From Rhynchobatus australiae (taxonomy: Eukaryota): a DNA stretch of 64,000 bases. The stretch covers positions 69,593,974 through 69,657,973 of the forward strand of contig JAUZTB010000118.1 of NCBI GenBank assembly GCA_034780895.1, given 5' to 3'. Position numbers and translations under genes: made by a program. Below are positions 24,709 through 37,171 of this stretch, one piece after another. Position 1 is the stretch's first letter; every line of letters starts with the position of its first letter. The notes under the pieces are model-generated. The model ran no database searches. It was not told the origin of the DNA and worked only from the letters and a program-made list of their open reading frames with translations.

Positions 24709-25811
24709 CTGCAACATAAAATTTTTTTTAATATCACTCATATTTGTGATCCATTTATCTCATCCCTCAAAGCACACTTAATGCACATTTGTTTTCCAAG
24801 GCTGTGGCTTTGCATTCTTCCTTTTTCTGGCTTCACTGACCTCAAGTCAAGACCACAGGAAATTGTTTTTTTTTAGTGTGTAATCGAGATACGGCTGACA
24901 GAAGGAAATGGTTCTTGCCACGTCCTGCTGTAAAACGGCAACACTCACCTCTTAATTTTTGCTATTATTACATGTAATTGCTTTTGCTTGGCAAGCTGCC
25001 AGCACACACTGAACCAGTCTACAGAACTAAAAAGCTGAGCTGGCCGTGGGTAATCTGTGAACTTCTTTCAGTTTTTGCTGAATTGGAAGGTGAGGTAGTG
25101 GGGAGAGGGGTGGGGGACATTGGTAGCGATTGAGGAGGGAAAGCCAAACACTTCTCCTTTTCAGAGATTTACATCAGTCAATCAAACCACTTCTCAAAGC
25201 TCTCATTCACGGCTCCTTGATTCAGTCAGTGAAATCCTGCCAGACAAAGGTTTTTTTTCCCACAATAAAAATCAATGGAATTACTTCTGCTGTAAAATGA
25301 TTTGAAAGCATCTTATGCACAAATTACTAGTACCCGCTGGATGAAACAAAATAACAGCCTTCAAACTAAGATTTTAAATTTGAATGTGGTGAGCACCATT
25401 ATATATAATTCAGGGAAAGTGATTAAATAGCACTCAACAGAACTAAAATCATTATTCAAGTTATTCTCCAAAATTAGCTTTTATCCATTGGCTATCCTAC
25501 ACGTAATCTTGGTTAACGTGAGTAATTTTATACAAATCCCTTATCCTTCTCCTGCTGTTTTTACTGTAGTGTACAAAATATACAATGGCTGTCCTGCAGT
25601 AAAACTGACTGCAGGCTTTTTTTGTCTAATCAGTTAGAATTACACATCATCACTATTATGGTTTATTTCTCACATTCCCTTCACTACACAATGATAATTT
25701 CTTCCCCCTNNNNNNNNNNNNNNNNNNNNNNNNNNNNNNNNNNNNNNNAATTCAATTCATATCAGTTTTTTCATACTTTCAGAAATACGTGGGAAAATAT
25801 GTTTTAAAAAA

Positions 25812-25990
25812 TGGAGACACAAGAGACAGCAGATGCTGGAATCTGGAGCAACGAACAAGTTGCTGGAGGAACTCAGCAGGTCGAGCAGCGGCTGTGGGGG
25901 AAAGGAATTTCCCTGATTTGTCCTGGACTGAAACATTGGCAATTCCTTTCCTCCCATAGATGCTGCTCGACCTGCTGAGTTTGTTTTTTT
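25812..25990. mobile_element. Palindromic short Penelope-like element
   Basis: actcagcaggtcgagcagc (about 25871) and its inverse gctgctcgacctgctgagt (about 25962) form a fold-back. Confidence 0.78.
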
Positions 25991-28754
25991 TTTGTTTTTA
26001 AAAATACTGATAACGCATTGTGCTGCATTTAATTTACAGTGAGAAATGTGAATTAATTTGCCTGTTTCAAAACTGATTATTTTGATCTTCCAGATCTTTT
26101 CTGTACATATTTTGTCAGGATGTACGTCAAAGCCTGTTACCTTCACACCCTTCAATTATCAACAATTCCATTCACACTGAATAAAACCACAAAACATCCT
26201 GCCAGCCACATAGAAGGAAGGAACCTTCACTAACCCAGCTCCCCAAGGACCTATAAACAGAACAAACCTGTAGCTTAATTCCCTTAAGGGCTGACAAAAT
26301 GCTACTGTGGGGAGGAATCTAAACACAGTAGTGTTTTATTCTTAAGTGACACTGGTGGATTTTACTGGATGAGGAAGTGATGCAGCTACAAAACAATCCA
26401 CTGATAATGTGTCAGTGATCAGCTTTTCTGCAACTGCCCTCCCCCTAATAAACAATAAGTACCCCATCTGGAAAATCTATGAAATGATGGGATTCTCATA
26501 TCAGCTGGTTTTCACCTCCTTTCACAGTGCAACCCAAGGTAACACAGACCTTTCAGCTGTGTTAAGTTCTTGAACATATCAACAATATTTACATCACTAA
26601 TGCATTTGTATCGCCAGAGGGTTATTTTCTTCTCTCTCGACCCATCCCAAAAAGAGATTGCTAGATCCAGTCACAACTAACTGCAGTAGTGCAGCTGTGG
26701 CAAAAGAAAGAAAGCTAAACATAAATGTATAATTAAAATTTCCTTTAAAAAAAAGCTTTAGAATTGTTTTTAGAAAAGGAGAAAGGGACAAGCAAGCCCA
26801 TTCAAGAACCGGGGCAATAAAATTGTGAAGACGAAAGACCAGTGAAGACACTTAACATTTGTCTGCAGTGAAAGCCTTTGTTTAAGCATCTCCCTTCAGG
26901 GTTACGCATTGCCAAACCAAAGAAGCCACTTCATTGGCTCGCTCCTGCTGGGAGCACTGCAAGCTGATTGGTCCTTTCTCAGCTCTGCAGTACAGAGCAC
27001 AAAGAAAAAGGTTTCTTGAAAGAGATGGGTGCATGAAAGAAAATACTGCAGCACCATAAGCAAAAGAAAAATGTTTCCAATGGCTTAAAAGAATTCAAAT
27101 GGGAGCTCAGCAAAGGAATCCTCGCTTTTTTTAAAAAATGGCAGTGTTCGCTCCTGACATAAAGGCCAGCCTGTCCCTTCTGGAATTGCATCAAACATGA
27201 GCCTAATGGTTGATAGTTCAATCGACCAGAGAAGGAGAAAAAAAAAGGCTTGATCAATTGGAACTGCTGCCAAGAACTGTGAATCAAATTAACCTTTTCT
27301 CTCATAGTCGCAGCTAACGATAAATCAACACCCAGGTCGCAAGCCAGCACCTTATTCAAATCGAAGATTTTCTGTAGAAACCAGCGGAGCATCAACTTAT
27401 TGTCGGAGGAGCGGTGCCAGCCTTGGAATTCCAAACATGCTCACGTAAACAGCCTCTGACCTTTTCCTTAAACTGCTAGGGGTTTAGTGAAGCATGCCGC
27501 AAAGCGCCATGCCTTCTTAACCACAGGACTCATAAAAAATTACACTGTTAAATTACAGCCATGAACACGGCACACTGAGGCCCTGTCAGAGCTCCACTCA
27601 ACACTTTCAATCTGTTACCTCTGACAAATTTAGCAGTCCAGCGCAGTAAAGAATCCTTTAGTTGCTTTCAGACCAAACAACTGTAAATGCTTCTCAGTAT
27701 TTAGATAATGTCAAGACAAATAAAGCTTTATGGAAAAATGCAGACTGCCAAGTCTGTCCGGCTTTCTTAAAGGCAAACATGAACTGACTACAAAAACATG
27801 TTTTTCTCTGGTGACAGACTGCACAAGGTAATATCTGAACACAAGGTGAGAACTTGCAGAATTTTTCGTATGTGGAAAAACCCCAATAAAATTTACTGCA
27901 GGAAAATCAAGCTTTATTTTTAGATTAAAGCTTTTTTTTGCATGTGGAGATATCTGTGCTGAATGAACAGTGAAGCTTCTGCTTACAGTGCTGAATTCCT
28001 AACTAAACAGTGGGTGAGTTTGATGGACACTTCCAGTTCAAAGTTTTAATACTGTAAAAGAATTAAGAGCATGCACAGTCCAGCTCTTACTTTTTTCTTA
28101 TATTTTCCCTTCAATCATCATTTTGCAGTATACATTGTTAAAGCAGCTTTTTAATGCAGGTGGTGTAATAAGGAATGGGACCCATCAATCACCTAAACCA
28201 CAGGACGGGAATGGAAACAAGTCATCCTCAACCCCAAGGGACTGCCTAAGAAGGAAGAATAAGGTGCAGCCAGAGGCAACTAACAAGGAGCAATCTCTCA
28301 CAGGTCTTACCTGGCCACTGTTGGGATAGTGGAAAGATTTGAAAACATTGTTCTGCAGTACAAAAGAGCAACATATTTCCTGCTGCTTAATGCAGCCTAC
28401 ATTGCAGCAGTGACTACACTTCAAAAGCACTTCATTGGCTGTAAAGCACTAAGTCGCTTTATAATTGCAAGTCTTTCTTTCCTTTATTAAAGCAAACCTG
28501 CTTCAAAAGGCCGGCTAGGCATTTTGTTTTGGACAATATTCCAAGCCCCAGGGAACTGCACTACCTGGGAGAGGCGGCTGTGTGACGTTTCACAAGTAAT
28601 AACATGAGTGGATTTGGGGATAGCTACACAATGGTGAGAAGCAGCTGCAACAACTCTTTACTCTCAGGGCATTAAAGTGATTGATTTTGCTCTTGTGCTA
28701 CTGCTCCGGTCTAAGCTTGGATGGAGGACCCAGCATGACTCCTTGGAGATGTCA

Positions 28755-29225
28755 TTGAGTCACAGAGCTGCAGAGCATAAAATCAGGACCTTCGGCCCAC
28801 TGCATCTCTGCTGACCATCATGCCTATCTTTACTAATCCCACTTCCCTGCATTAATTCCCTATCCCTCTATGCCTTGTTCATTCAAGTACCTGTCAAGAT
28901 GCCTCTTAAATGTTGTTACTGTTCCTGCTTCTGCAAACTCATTCCAGATACCAGCTACTCTATGTGTGAAACATTTATCCCTAAAATCCCCTTTACACCT
29001 CCTGCCTCTCACCTTATACCTATGGCCTCTAGTTTTAGACCCCCTTACCATGGGGAAAAGGTACTGGCTCCATCTATGCCTCTCATAATTTTATACAACT
29101 CAATCATGTCACCTCTTGGCTTCCTTCACTCCAGGAAAAACAGACTTAGCCAATCCAATCTCTTCTGGTAACTCAAGCCCTCCAATCCAGGCAACGTCCT
29201 TGTGAATCTTTTCTGTATCTTCTCT
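28755..29225 (-). mobile_element. CR1 3' fragment
   Basis: ORF 28860-29051 SKTRGHRYKVRGRRCKGDFR..CFTHRVAGIWN is the CR1 ORF2 C-terminus. Confidence 0.9.
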
Positions 29226-30919
29226 GACCTCACATGGTGTGGTATCCTTTATCTGACACTGCAGAGAGTGTAACCTGGTGTGGTTTCAAACTAGGTATAT
29301 ACTGCATCCTTCCACTTGCTTTTTGAAGCTAATGGATATAAGTGTAAGGGTTTAGAATATGACCATTACATCTAAAATATGGTTGAAGGTCTAGCAGCGT
29401 CACCCAAGTATAGAAATAAGTGGCAGCACCACTCCAAATCAGCCCACCCCACTTGAACCTCACCCTTTAGTGTAAATAAGAACCCCCCCCCACGCACNNN
29501 NNNNNNNNNNNNNNNNNNNNTTTAGCCTTTCTTCCACAATCCAGCCATACATATAGTTTCTGCCCACCAAACATCAGATCTTATGGAGAGCCAGGAAAGT
29601 TCGATTCTGGGTCATTTGTCCTCAACAAAATGTTGGGAAACTTTGTTGCAAGGCTGGAACGAGTAGTTTGGGAGCTACTTGGTTGCACTAATTCTGAAAT
29701 TGCTGTGGATTTTGGGAGTTAGCATTTTGTGCTCTACCATTCTTAAAAGCAGCCATATTGGTGGTTACAGTCAATTGTCGGTGATAGTTGGAAAAGTAGC
29801 GCATTGAAAATATCATATAAAAACCACATTAGTGTGATATTATGACCTGCTGCCTTATGTCAACTCTGCTATATTACCAATACGCCAGCAATGTTTACTT
29901 ACAATAATGCATATATTGCTGTTTTGTACAAGAATGTTAAATAAATGCCTGGGAAAAATGTATAGCAGAAAACTGAGCAAGGAGATTGCACATCTGGAAT
30001 AAGCACAACCAGGTCTGCGATCCTCCGTCTAATCTTCCTCACAGCCACCCCAATTACTTAAAAACCAAGTGCACAAGAGTCTGTATCCTGTAAAACTGGT
30101 TAAAGATGGTGAAAGCTTAACCTAGGTACAGATGGCTGCCTTATGTCTCAATACAATTGGTGGTTCTCTGAGTACCATAGGAGTCCCTTATTAAAGCACT
30201 ACACTGTTAGGAGTAATTCTGCTGCATTGTCCAAATCCTTTGGTCAGAGAATCACCAGTTATTACTCAGCGACAAACTACCTTGAGTACAAATGGTGATT
30301 AGTAAGCCCTTGTAATGCGAAGGACAAAGCTTATCTGTACAAATAACATGTTGCAGTACAGTGGAGGGCAACCGCACAAGGAGAAAGAGAATGAAACACT
30401 TTATGCTCTGGCATAAATTGTAGGGCTGACTCTACCATTTGTCTTTTGTGAAGGGGTAGATAAATGCTGCTGGATTATTACTGACTGTCTCATGACTACA
30501 TTTGTTAGTGCAGCAAAATGGAAAAGGAAGATTTAAGAATAATGCAACACTGTAAACATTTAGTTATGATGGAAATGGACCCCATGTTTTAACAAATGAA
30601 AAAATAAGTTCAATTTGCCACAAGCTTTTTTCATGTGTGATTAAAGTATTGAGAAATGATTGTGCAATTTAAAGCTATTTACCCAGTGATCAAACATTCT
30701 TTGATTTAAAATTTCAGAATCATGCAGCATTTTGGCATTCAGGTAATTTGGGTGCTTTTCAATGGAAACAAGAGGATTCCTACTCCACATGTCTGCAGGT
30801 TCTTATGAAACCAACAGGAGTCCTGAGGTGTCCAGATGTATGTACCAAGGGGAGGGCTGCACTGTGATTACGAGACAACATCCTGAAAGCCCAGCAAACT
30901 TCACCGGCAATACAGTGTG

Positions 30920-31410
30920 CCAGCTGTGGTTTGGCTGATGGCACTCCTACTGTGTCAGAAGGTTCTGAGATTAACTCCTATGTTAGAAAACTAAACAAAG
31001 AAATTGAGGCTTGTGATGGAGTACTGCACTGCAGTAGGTGCTAACTTTGGGATGTGATGATAAAAGGTCTTTTCTGTTCTCTCAGGTGGGCGTTTTAAAA
31101 AAAAACAAAAAAATTCCGGAAACACTCAGCACATCAGGCAGCATCTGCGGAAAAAGAAACAGTTTTGGGTCAAAAGCACTTCTAACAAAAGAAGGTTGTT
31201 TGAAGAAGATCCTGGGACCTATCACTGGTGACCCATTCCTCAATCGATGTTTCTGAAACAGATTTTCAGCTTACTGATTGTGGGAGCTCGTTGAGTGCAA
31301 ATTGTCTGCTGCTCTTCTTACAACTGCGACCAAAAATATTTAATTAGCTGTATAGTGCTTTGGGACATTCTAAAAGGGTTGCAAGAGATAAATGAATGTT
31401 AGTATTTTGT
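30920..31410 (+). mobile_element. Deu-type SINE with a nested short Penelope-like fragment (about 31100-31185)
   Basis: Similar to 6765-7300 (gtgcaaattgtctgctg; gtgctttgggacattc). The insert ggaaacactcagcacatcaggcagcatctgcgg belongs to the short-element family. Confidence 0.55.
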
Positions 31411-34400
31411 TCACAATCAGGACCAGGGTTTCACCATGTTAACTAGACAGCTTCAGGTCACAAGTTAAGTCCCACAGCTCAATGTTTTTTGGTTCAGGCG
31501 AGGAGATATTAACTGGTGACTTTCCTGATTGTGAGTGATATTCAATGTTTTCAGCTAAAAGTGCATTCACTGTGTGTTTATGTGGAGTGTGATGTCAACG
31601 GCTATCAAAAAGTCTGCCAGTACAGTTGAATACTATTTACTTGAGCTGAATAGCAAAGGGAGATACTATCAGAGCAAAGTCAATATTTTCATTGGAAAAG
31701 CAGCAAGGGAAAACAAGCTCAAATCTCAACAAGTACTCAAAAACACAAAGCAGTGACCTCTCACTTCTGGTCAGCACACCAGCTACTTATTTCTCCAATA
31801 TTTCCTACTATCCTTAATTTTAAAAAAAATTGCAATATTTATATCCCTCCAGGACAATCAACAGATCTCTTTGAAAGAGGCAGCATTCACCAAAGTCCCC
31901 ACCTGTCTCTTATACATTTAGATGGTGTACACAACTGAAAAATTGCCACTAGCCACCAAAGCAACATTTGTTAACTGTCAACCCTCCCCATTTTTATCGG
32001 TTATTATCAAATGATACTTGTTCTTGGCTACAGAGAACACTATCCACTGAAACAAACTCCAGCTCAAAAAGGAAAAATGTATGCCACTGGGGACTGTGTG
32101 TTCCAATGCACCAAGATTTCCATCACTGTCACATCTCTGCAGCCTTTGTTCTGCTGCATGATGTGTAGTATTGATCCAAAAAAAATCATTGCTGTCCTTA
32201 TATAATAAAAAGTACATTCAAGCATATTCATTGCTTAAAGCAAAAAGGCAAGTATGAACAGATAGCCAACACAATTCAAAAGGTCTCGGAAACTCTACTA
32301 GTCTCCCAATGCATGTACTTGCAGCCAATTATTCTGTAGGGTGGGGCTGAGCCTGGAAACAATGTTAAGAAATTTACTGCATGTTCAGATAAGATCCAAG
32401 TTAAATCATTCCTTTCAGCTACAAGATCTTCAGTCCCTAATCACTCGATGGCTTTATCTAGACAAACCCACAATCACAGCTCCAATTTACCCATAACTTT
32501 AAAATACAGCTTGTGTGTCAGCACTCGAAATTAACTTTGGATCCCTGATAGGTATAAGACAAGCACATTTGGCAGAACGTCGACATTATGTTTAACAATT
32601 TGCACCACATCATGTTTTCTTTAATATATGAGCTTTAACTTACATGGTTCTTCTAATTTCTTTAATATGTCCCAAAGTGCTTTTCAACTATAGATTCAAC
32701 CCTTTTCCAAGTGTTTTCAGTTTTTGTTGGCTAATGGGGTTGCCACTGCAAGGTCTCAGAAACACAAAGTGAGTCGAGTGAACAGGTAACCTGGATGTTT
32801 CAAGCAGTCCTGTAGAGCTTCAGATACACAGTTGTTTCAGTCAGACGGGTCGCTATGATTGACCTCAAAATTGTTGAGCTGGAAAGAATACAATGGCCAG
32901 GGTTCCAGTTCCTAATGGGTTTACAGTGACCTCTCACTGCAGATACTCTCACACAACTACCAGCCAACCATGGAGTCAGGCTTGGCTGTGAAACCGTCCC
33001 AGCTGGATTGCACATCAGATCTAAAGCATGAAGTATCGCAACAAGCACTGCCAGAACATGTGTGTTCATAACTAAGCAGTGTTGAGCCTGAGACCAGGGT
33101 AAGTAAAAGGAGAGAACTGAAATGGAGGTAGAGAGTTTTTGGGTTGAGAAGGATACAGATAGAGACTCTATCTTTAGGAGCCTAACCTTCAGTGTGCAGC
33201 TATGCATGATCCCTTAACTGTGCTAATCCAGCACTCAATAGTTCAAGCAATCCAGTTACACTTGCTAGATTGCTCCTTTTGAATTGTGCTGGTCTGGAGG
33301 TTTGGAAAGAGCCATTGTATCATTCAGATCTTGTGAATAATGCATAAATCAAAATCCCCCAGTATCAGCAATGTGAAATATGTGCAAGTTAATGGAAACA
33401 TGGATTTGAGCTTTGAAAATGGAAATTGTGATGCCATGGTATGCACTTTTGTCATGGATTACAAACATTACCAATTCTTATTTGGCAAAAGTGGTCATAT
33501 TAATGACAAATGAAAAATAAGTTGTGAATTCTTTCTATTCCTCTTGATTGACAGCCATTGAAGTTTCTTTACATATTAACCACCCCTTTTTGGCAACTGC
33601 CCCCAGAGTTGAAACTGAAAATGTTGTTCAAATTACACCATCTTCCAAATGCATTGTCCAGTTCTTGGGAATGACTGACACTTAAACCATGAAGTTCTCT
33701 TCATGGCACAGAATTCTGAACTGCAAACCTCTGGGGCATGATAAAACACAGGAACCTCACAAATCAGAAGTACATGATTTTTAAAATGAAGTTATATTGC
33801 AAAGGCACCTTACAATAGTATTTTTTGTGTTCCTCAAAACTTTTGATAAATGCCACACTGAAATTAGACCTTTGCCTCTTAGTAGTTTTAGTCTGATCTC
33901 GATCCAATTCAAGCCCTTTANNNNNNNNNNNNNNNTTTTATTTCAGATTCAGAAAGCCTTTTGATTAATCCCATGAGCTGACCTTTAAACTTCTCTTCAA
34001 GGACTTCCACTCTCTGTAAATCACAAATCACACGCACAATTGAATATCAATATCCTATCCATATTAATAAGCTTCATTGTGTTCCTTGGAGGAGTGGGAA
34101 CTGGTAGCATGCCAAAAGCTTCCTCCACCTCCACTCAGTAGCAGTGGAAACCATGACTATCCTTCAGCTTTCCCTTGCTACTACCCTTCTACGCTGCTGC
34201 ACATCAATTATCATGAACATTCACATGTCAGGTTTACATCTCCTCTGTCATGGTTACTTCCTGCCATGTCATTAATTACAAGATCACTGAAATGGTTTAT
34301 TGCAAAAGATTTTGCGCTGTTAATGACCAAAGCACCACTTCCAGGAGCTGAATCCCTTCTTTCTCATTGACACTCACACAATTCACATAAGCTGGTACAT

Positions 34401-34414
34401 CAGTGGCTTCCAAA

Positions 34415-34494
34415 TACATTCAAATACAAACATGCATAAATGTACACACATGCATACACATACATGCACAACACACACACACACACACACACAC
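34415..34494. repeat. (CA)n microsatellite with degenerate TACA/TGCA flank
   Basis: Directly visible. Confidence 0.9.
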
Positions 34495-35289
34495 TTAAAT
34501 TATAGGGGAAAGCAGATATTATGCTCTCTTTAATCATTTTTGTCCCTTTTTCATACCATGATTCAAGTTTTATCACTCTAAATAACAATCCAAAAGTCAC
34601 AGTTTCAGTTTATTTTCTCTGAAATATTTCCTAATTTGTCAATCTCACCATAATATCTTCACACATTTGTGCTTAGTGAATATAATATTTTTCTCTGAGT
34701 AGGCAATAGTCGACACAAGGCAGTTAGCTCTTCAGCCACTTGTAAAGATGCCGTCCCATCATGCATCTTCACAAGAACCTCCCAAAACCAACAAGTCAGA
34801 CAAGTTGCTTCAACAATCTTAATGTTATGACATTTTGTTGCATTTTTTTAAATAAAACTTCTTTTGAAAGCCTTATTTAACAAAAATAAATTCTGGAACA
34901 CTAAACTGTTTATGGTTCCAACGTTACAAGGGTTCATAGCTTCCAACATGCCTGAAAGCCCATTAATGTCTTTTTAAAAATGCTGTACAATTTGTGCCAG
35001 CCCCAGGCTCTTTTTCAATCAGTTCCAAGCAAAACAAAAAGCATTCATAAGCCCTCTTGGCACCCAGCTGCTGTCTTCCTAAATCAGCACTCTCTTAACC
35101 AGGTCTTTATTAACATGGCTAAAGAAGTAACTTGTTTTTAAAATGCAACGCCTTGCTAACCACAGGCTTGAAATCATATTTAAGTTTAGCATTCCAAAAA
35201 ATTAGAAAAGAAAATGGTGTGCCACACTTCCGAAAACATTCTGTGTGTTAGTTATGGTGAAAGAGCTCACTGGCTCGGGAGGTTTAAAC

Positions 35290-35585
35290 CAAGGCTCTAC
35301 CTGCTTGTTCAGGTGGATGGACAAGACCTTATGACATCAGAAGAATTCTGCAGATGTCCTGGCCAACAGTTGCTTCTTACCAAGACCACCAAAGGAAAAA
35401 AAAACAGATTAACTGGTCATTTATCACACTGCCAATTGTGAGACCTTTGTGTATACATCGGTTGCCATGTTTACCTATGTACCAACAGTGACGGGCTCTT
35501 CAAATGTGATTAATTGATAGTGAAATGCTTTGGGACATCCCGAAGATGTGAAAAGCAGGATACAAATTCATCCTTTTTCTTTACA
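35290..35585 (+). mobile_element. Deu-type SINE, 3' portion
   Basis: ttcaggtggatg...gtcctggccaac...aacagattaactggtcatttatcacactg...gtgaaatgctttgggacatcccgaag. Confidence 0.6.
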
Positions 35586-37003
35586 CTGCCATCGTGCTTT
35601 AACGTTTGCTGTCCGCACTTACAGCTTTGCTCAAGTGTCAAAATGGGGAATAACAGTCAAAGCAGCAGAGGTTTTGGAGAGCTAATTCTGATATGTTGCA
35701 TAATGTTTTAAAATGCAGTTTTTTTCACTATATTCACTTTTCACTAGTGATACTACTTAATGAAACCAACTGACAGCCACGACTTCTGGTTTCAAACAAA
35801 GGCTTAAACTGAAAACAGTTACTGTACATATCTACTTTAGCTTTCACCCATACACAGATTTGCATGTCTACTNNNNNNNNNNNNNNNNNNNNNNNNNNNN
35901 NNNNNNNNNNNNNNNNNNNNNNNNNNNNNNNNNNNNNNNNNNNNNNNNNNNNNNNNNNNNNNNNNNNNNNNNATATCTACTTTAGCTTTCACCCAGACAC
36001 AGATTTGCATGTCTACTTTGTGCAGAGTTTACTTCGAACAATGTACAATGGTTTTTCCTGTTATTTTTTTAAATAAGAAAATGGTAATACGTGTATACTT
36101 TGCACTGGCTCTTCCAGCCTCGCTCTCTCTGTGTCCCTGCCTTACATTCCAATGTTCTTTATCCTCAGCATATAATTCAAACACAAATACTTCAATCATG
36201 TGCTTAGAGACCAGTGCTTTTCTGTAAACAAGACTAATGGAGTGCAACTAATAGACTTCTCCAGGAGTATGGTTAGTTAACAGGTTCTTTGTCAGCAGTC
36301 ACTGAAGCAAAGTCGCCTTTTGCTTGGATAGTAGAAAAATCACCATTCCCAGAAAAGCCTTCACTTTGTTGGTTACAGATTGACTTGCCTGAATATGTGT
36401 CAGCATTATACAATCAACACCTTATCTTCCTTACAGAGCACATATTCAATTCAAAAACTGGGCTCTATTTACCAGCACCTCCTTCAAGTTCACAGGCAGT
36501 ACAAAATAATTCTGAGGCGTTTATACCTTTACAATGCAATTAGATAAAATTAGACAAAAATTAGATAAAATTATTTTTTGCAAAAGTCAGTCACTTAACC
36601 CTAAGACCAGGGATTCAAGCTACTAGTCAAGTATGATAGATCAATACCACACTTATCAGTGGATTGGGAGGCTACCAGGTCTTTCCCATTTCTTCCTGTG
36701 TGCCAACTAGCTGGACAAGTCTTGATCAAGGATGTCTATCCATTGACTGTAAGGCCACCCTCTGATTTCTGCTGGTGTCCATTGTAGCAATAGAGGTTTT
36801 TCTCATCTGTCCACTGTGCACGTCCAACCCACTTTAGTCTAATCTTCTAGGTAATGCTGAGTTCTGGCTGAATCTTCCAGAAGCAGTACATTTCTTGGCT
36901 TGTGATTTGATTTTACCATCACATCCCTGAAACAGCACAGATAATAGGGTTGAAAGGAGTCTGGTCTTGTACGATAGACCAAAGAATCTCAGCCATATTC
37001 TCA

Positions 37004-37171
37004 CACAAATTGCTGTAGGAACTCAGCAGATCAGGCAGCATCTATGGAGGGAAATAAACTGAAACGTCAACTGTTTATTTCCCTCCATAGGTGCTACCTG
37101 ACCTGCTGAATTCCTCCAGCATTTTGTGTGTGTTGCTCCAGATTCCAGCATCTGCAGAATCTCTTGTATCT
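37004..37171. mobile_element. Palindromic short Penelope-like element; 12-bp TSD
   Basis: TSD gccatattctca at 36992-37003 and 37172-37183. Arms about 37004-37058 and 37070-37130 are inverted copies around gaaacgtcaactg. Confidence 0.85.

Noticed and set aside
26979-27434. 151-aa minus-strand ORF in the promoter-like block
   Set aside because: Non-ATG start, T-run-driven composition and no similarity recognised.
32800-33207. 135-aa minus-strand ORF
   Set aside because: No recognisable domain or splice context; consistent with chance.
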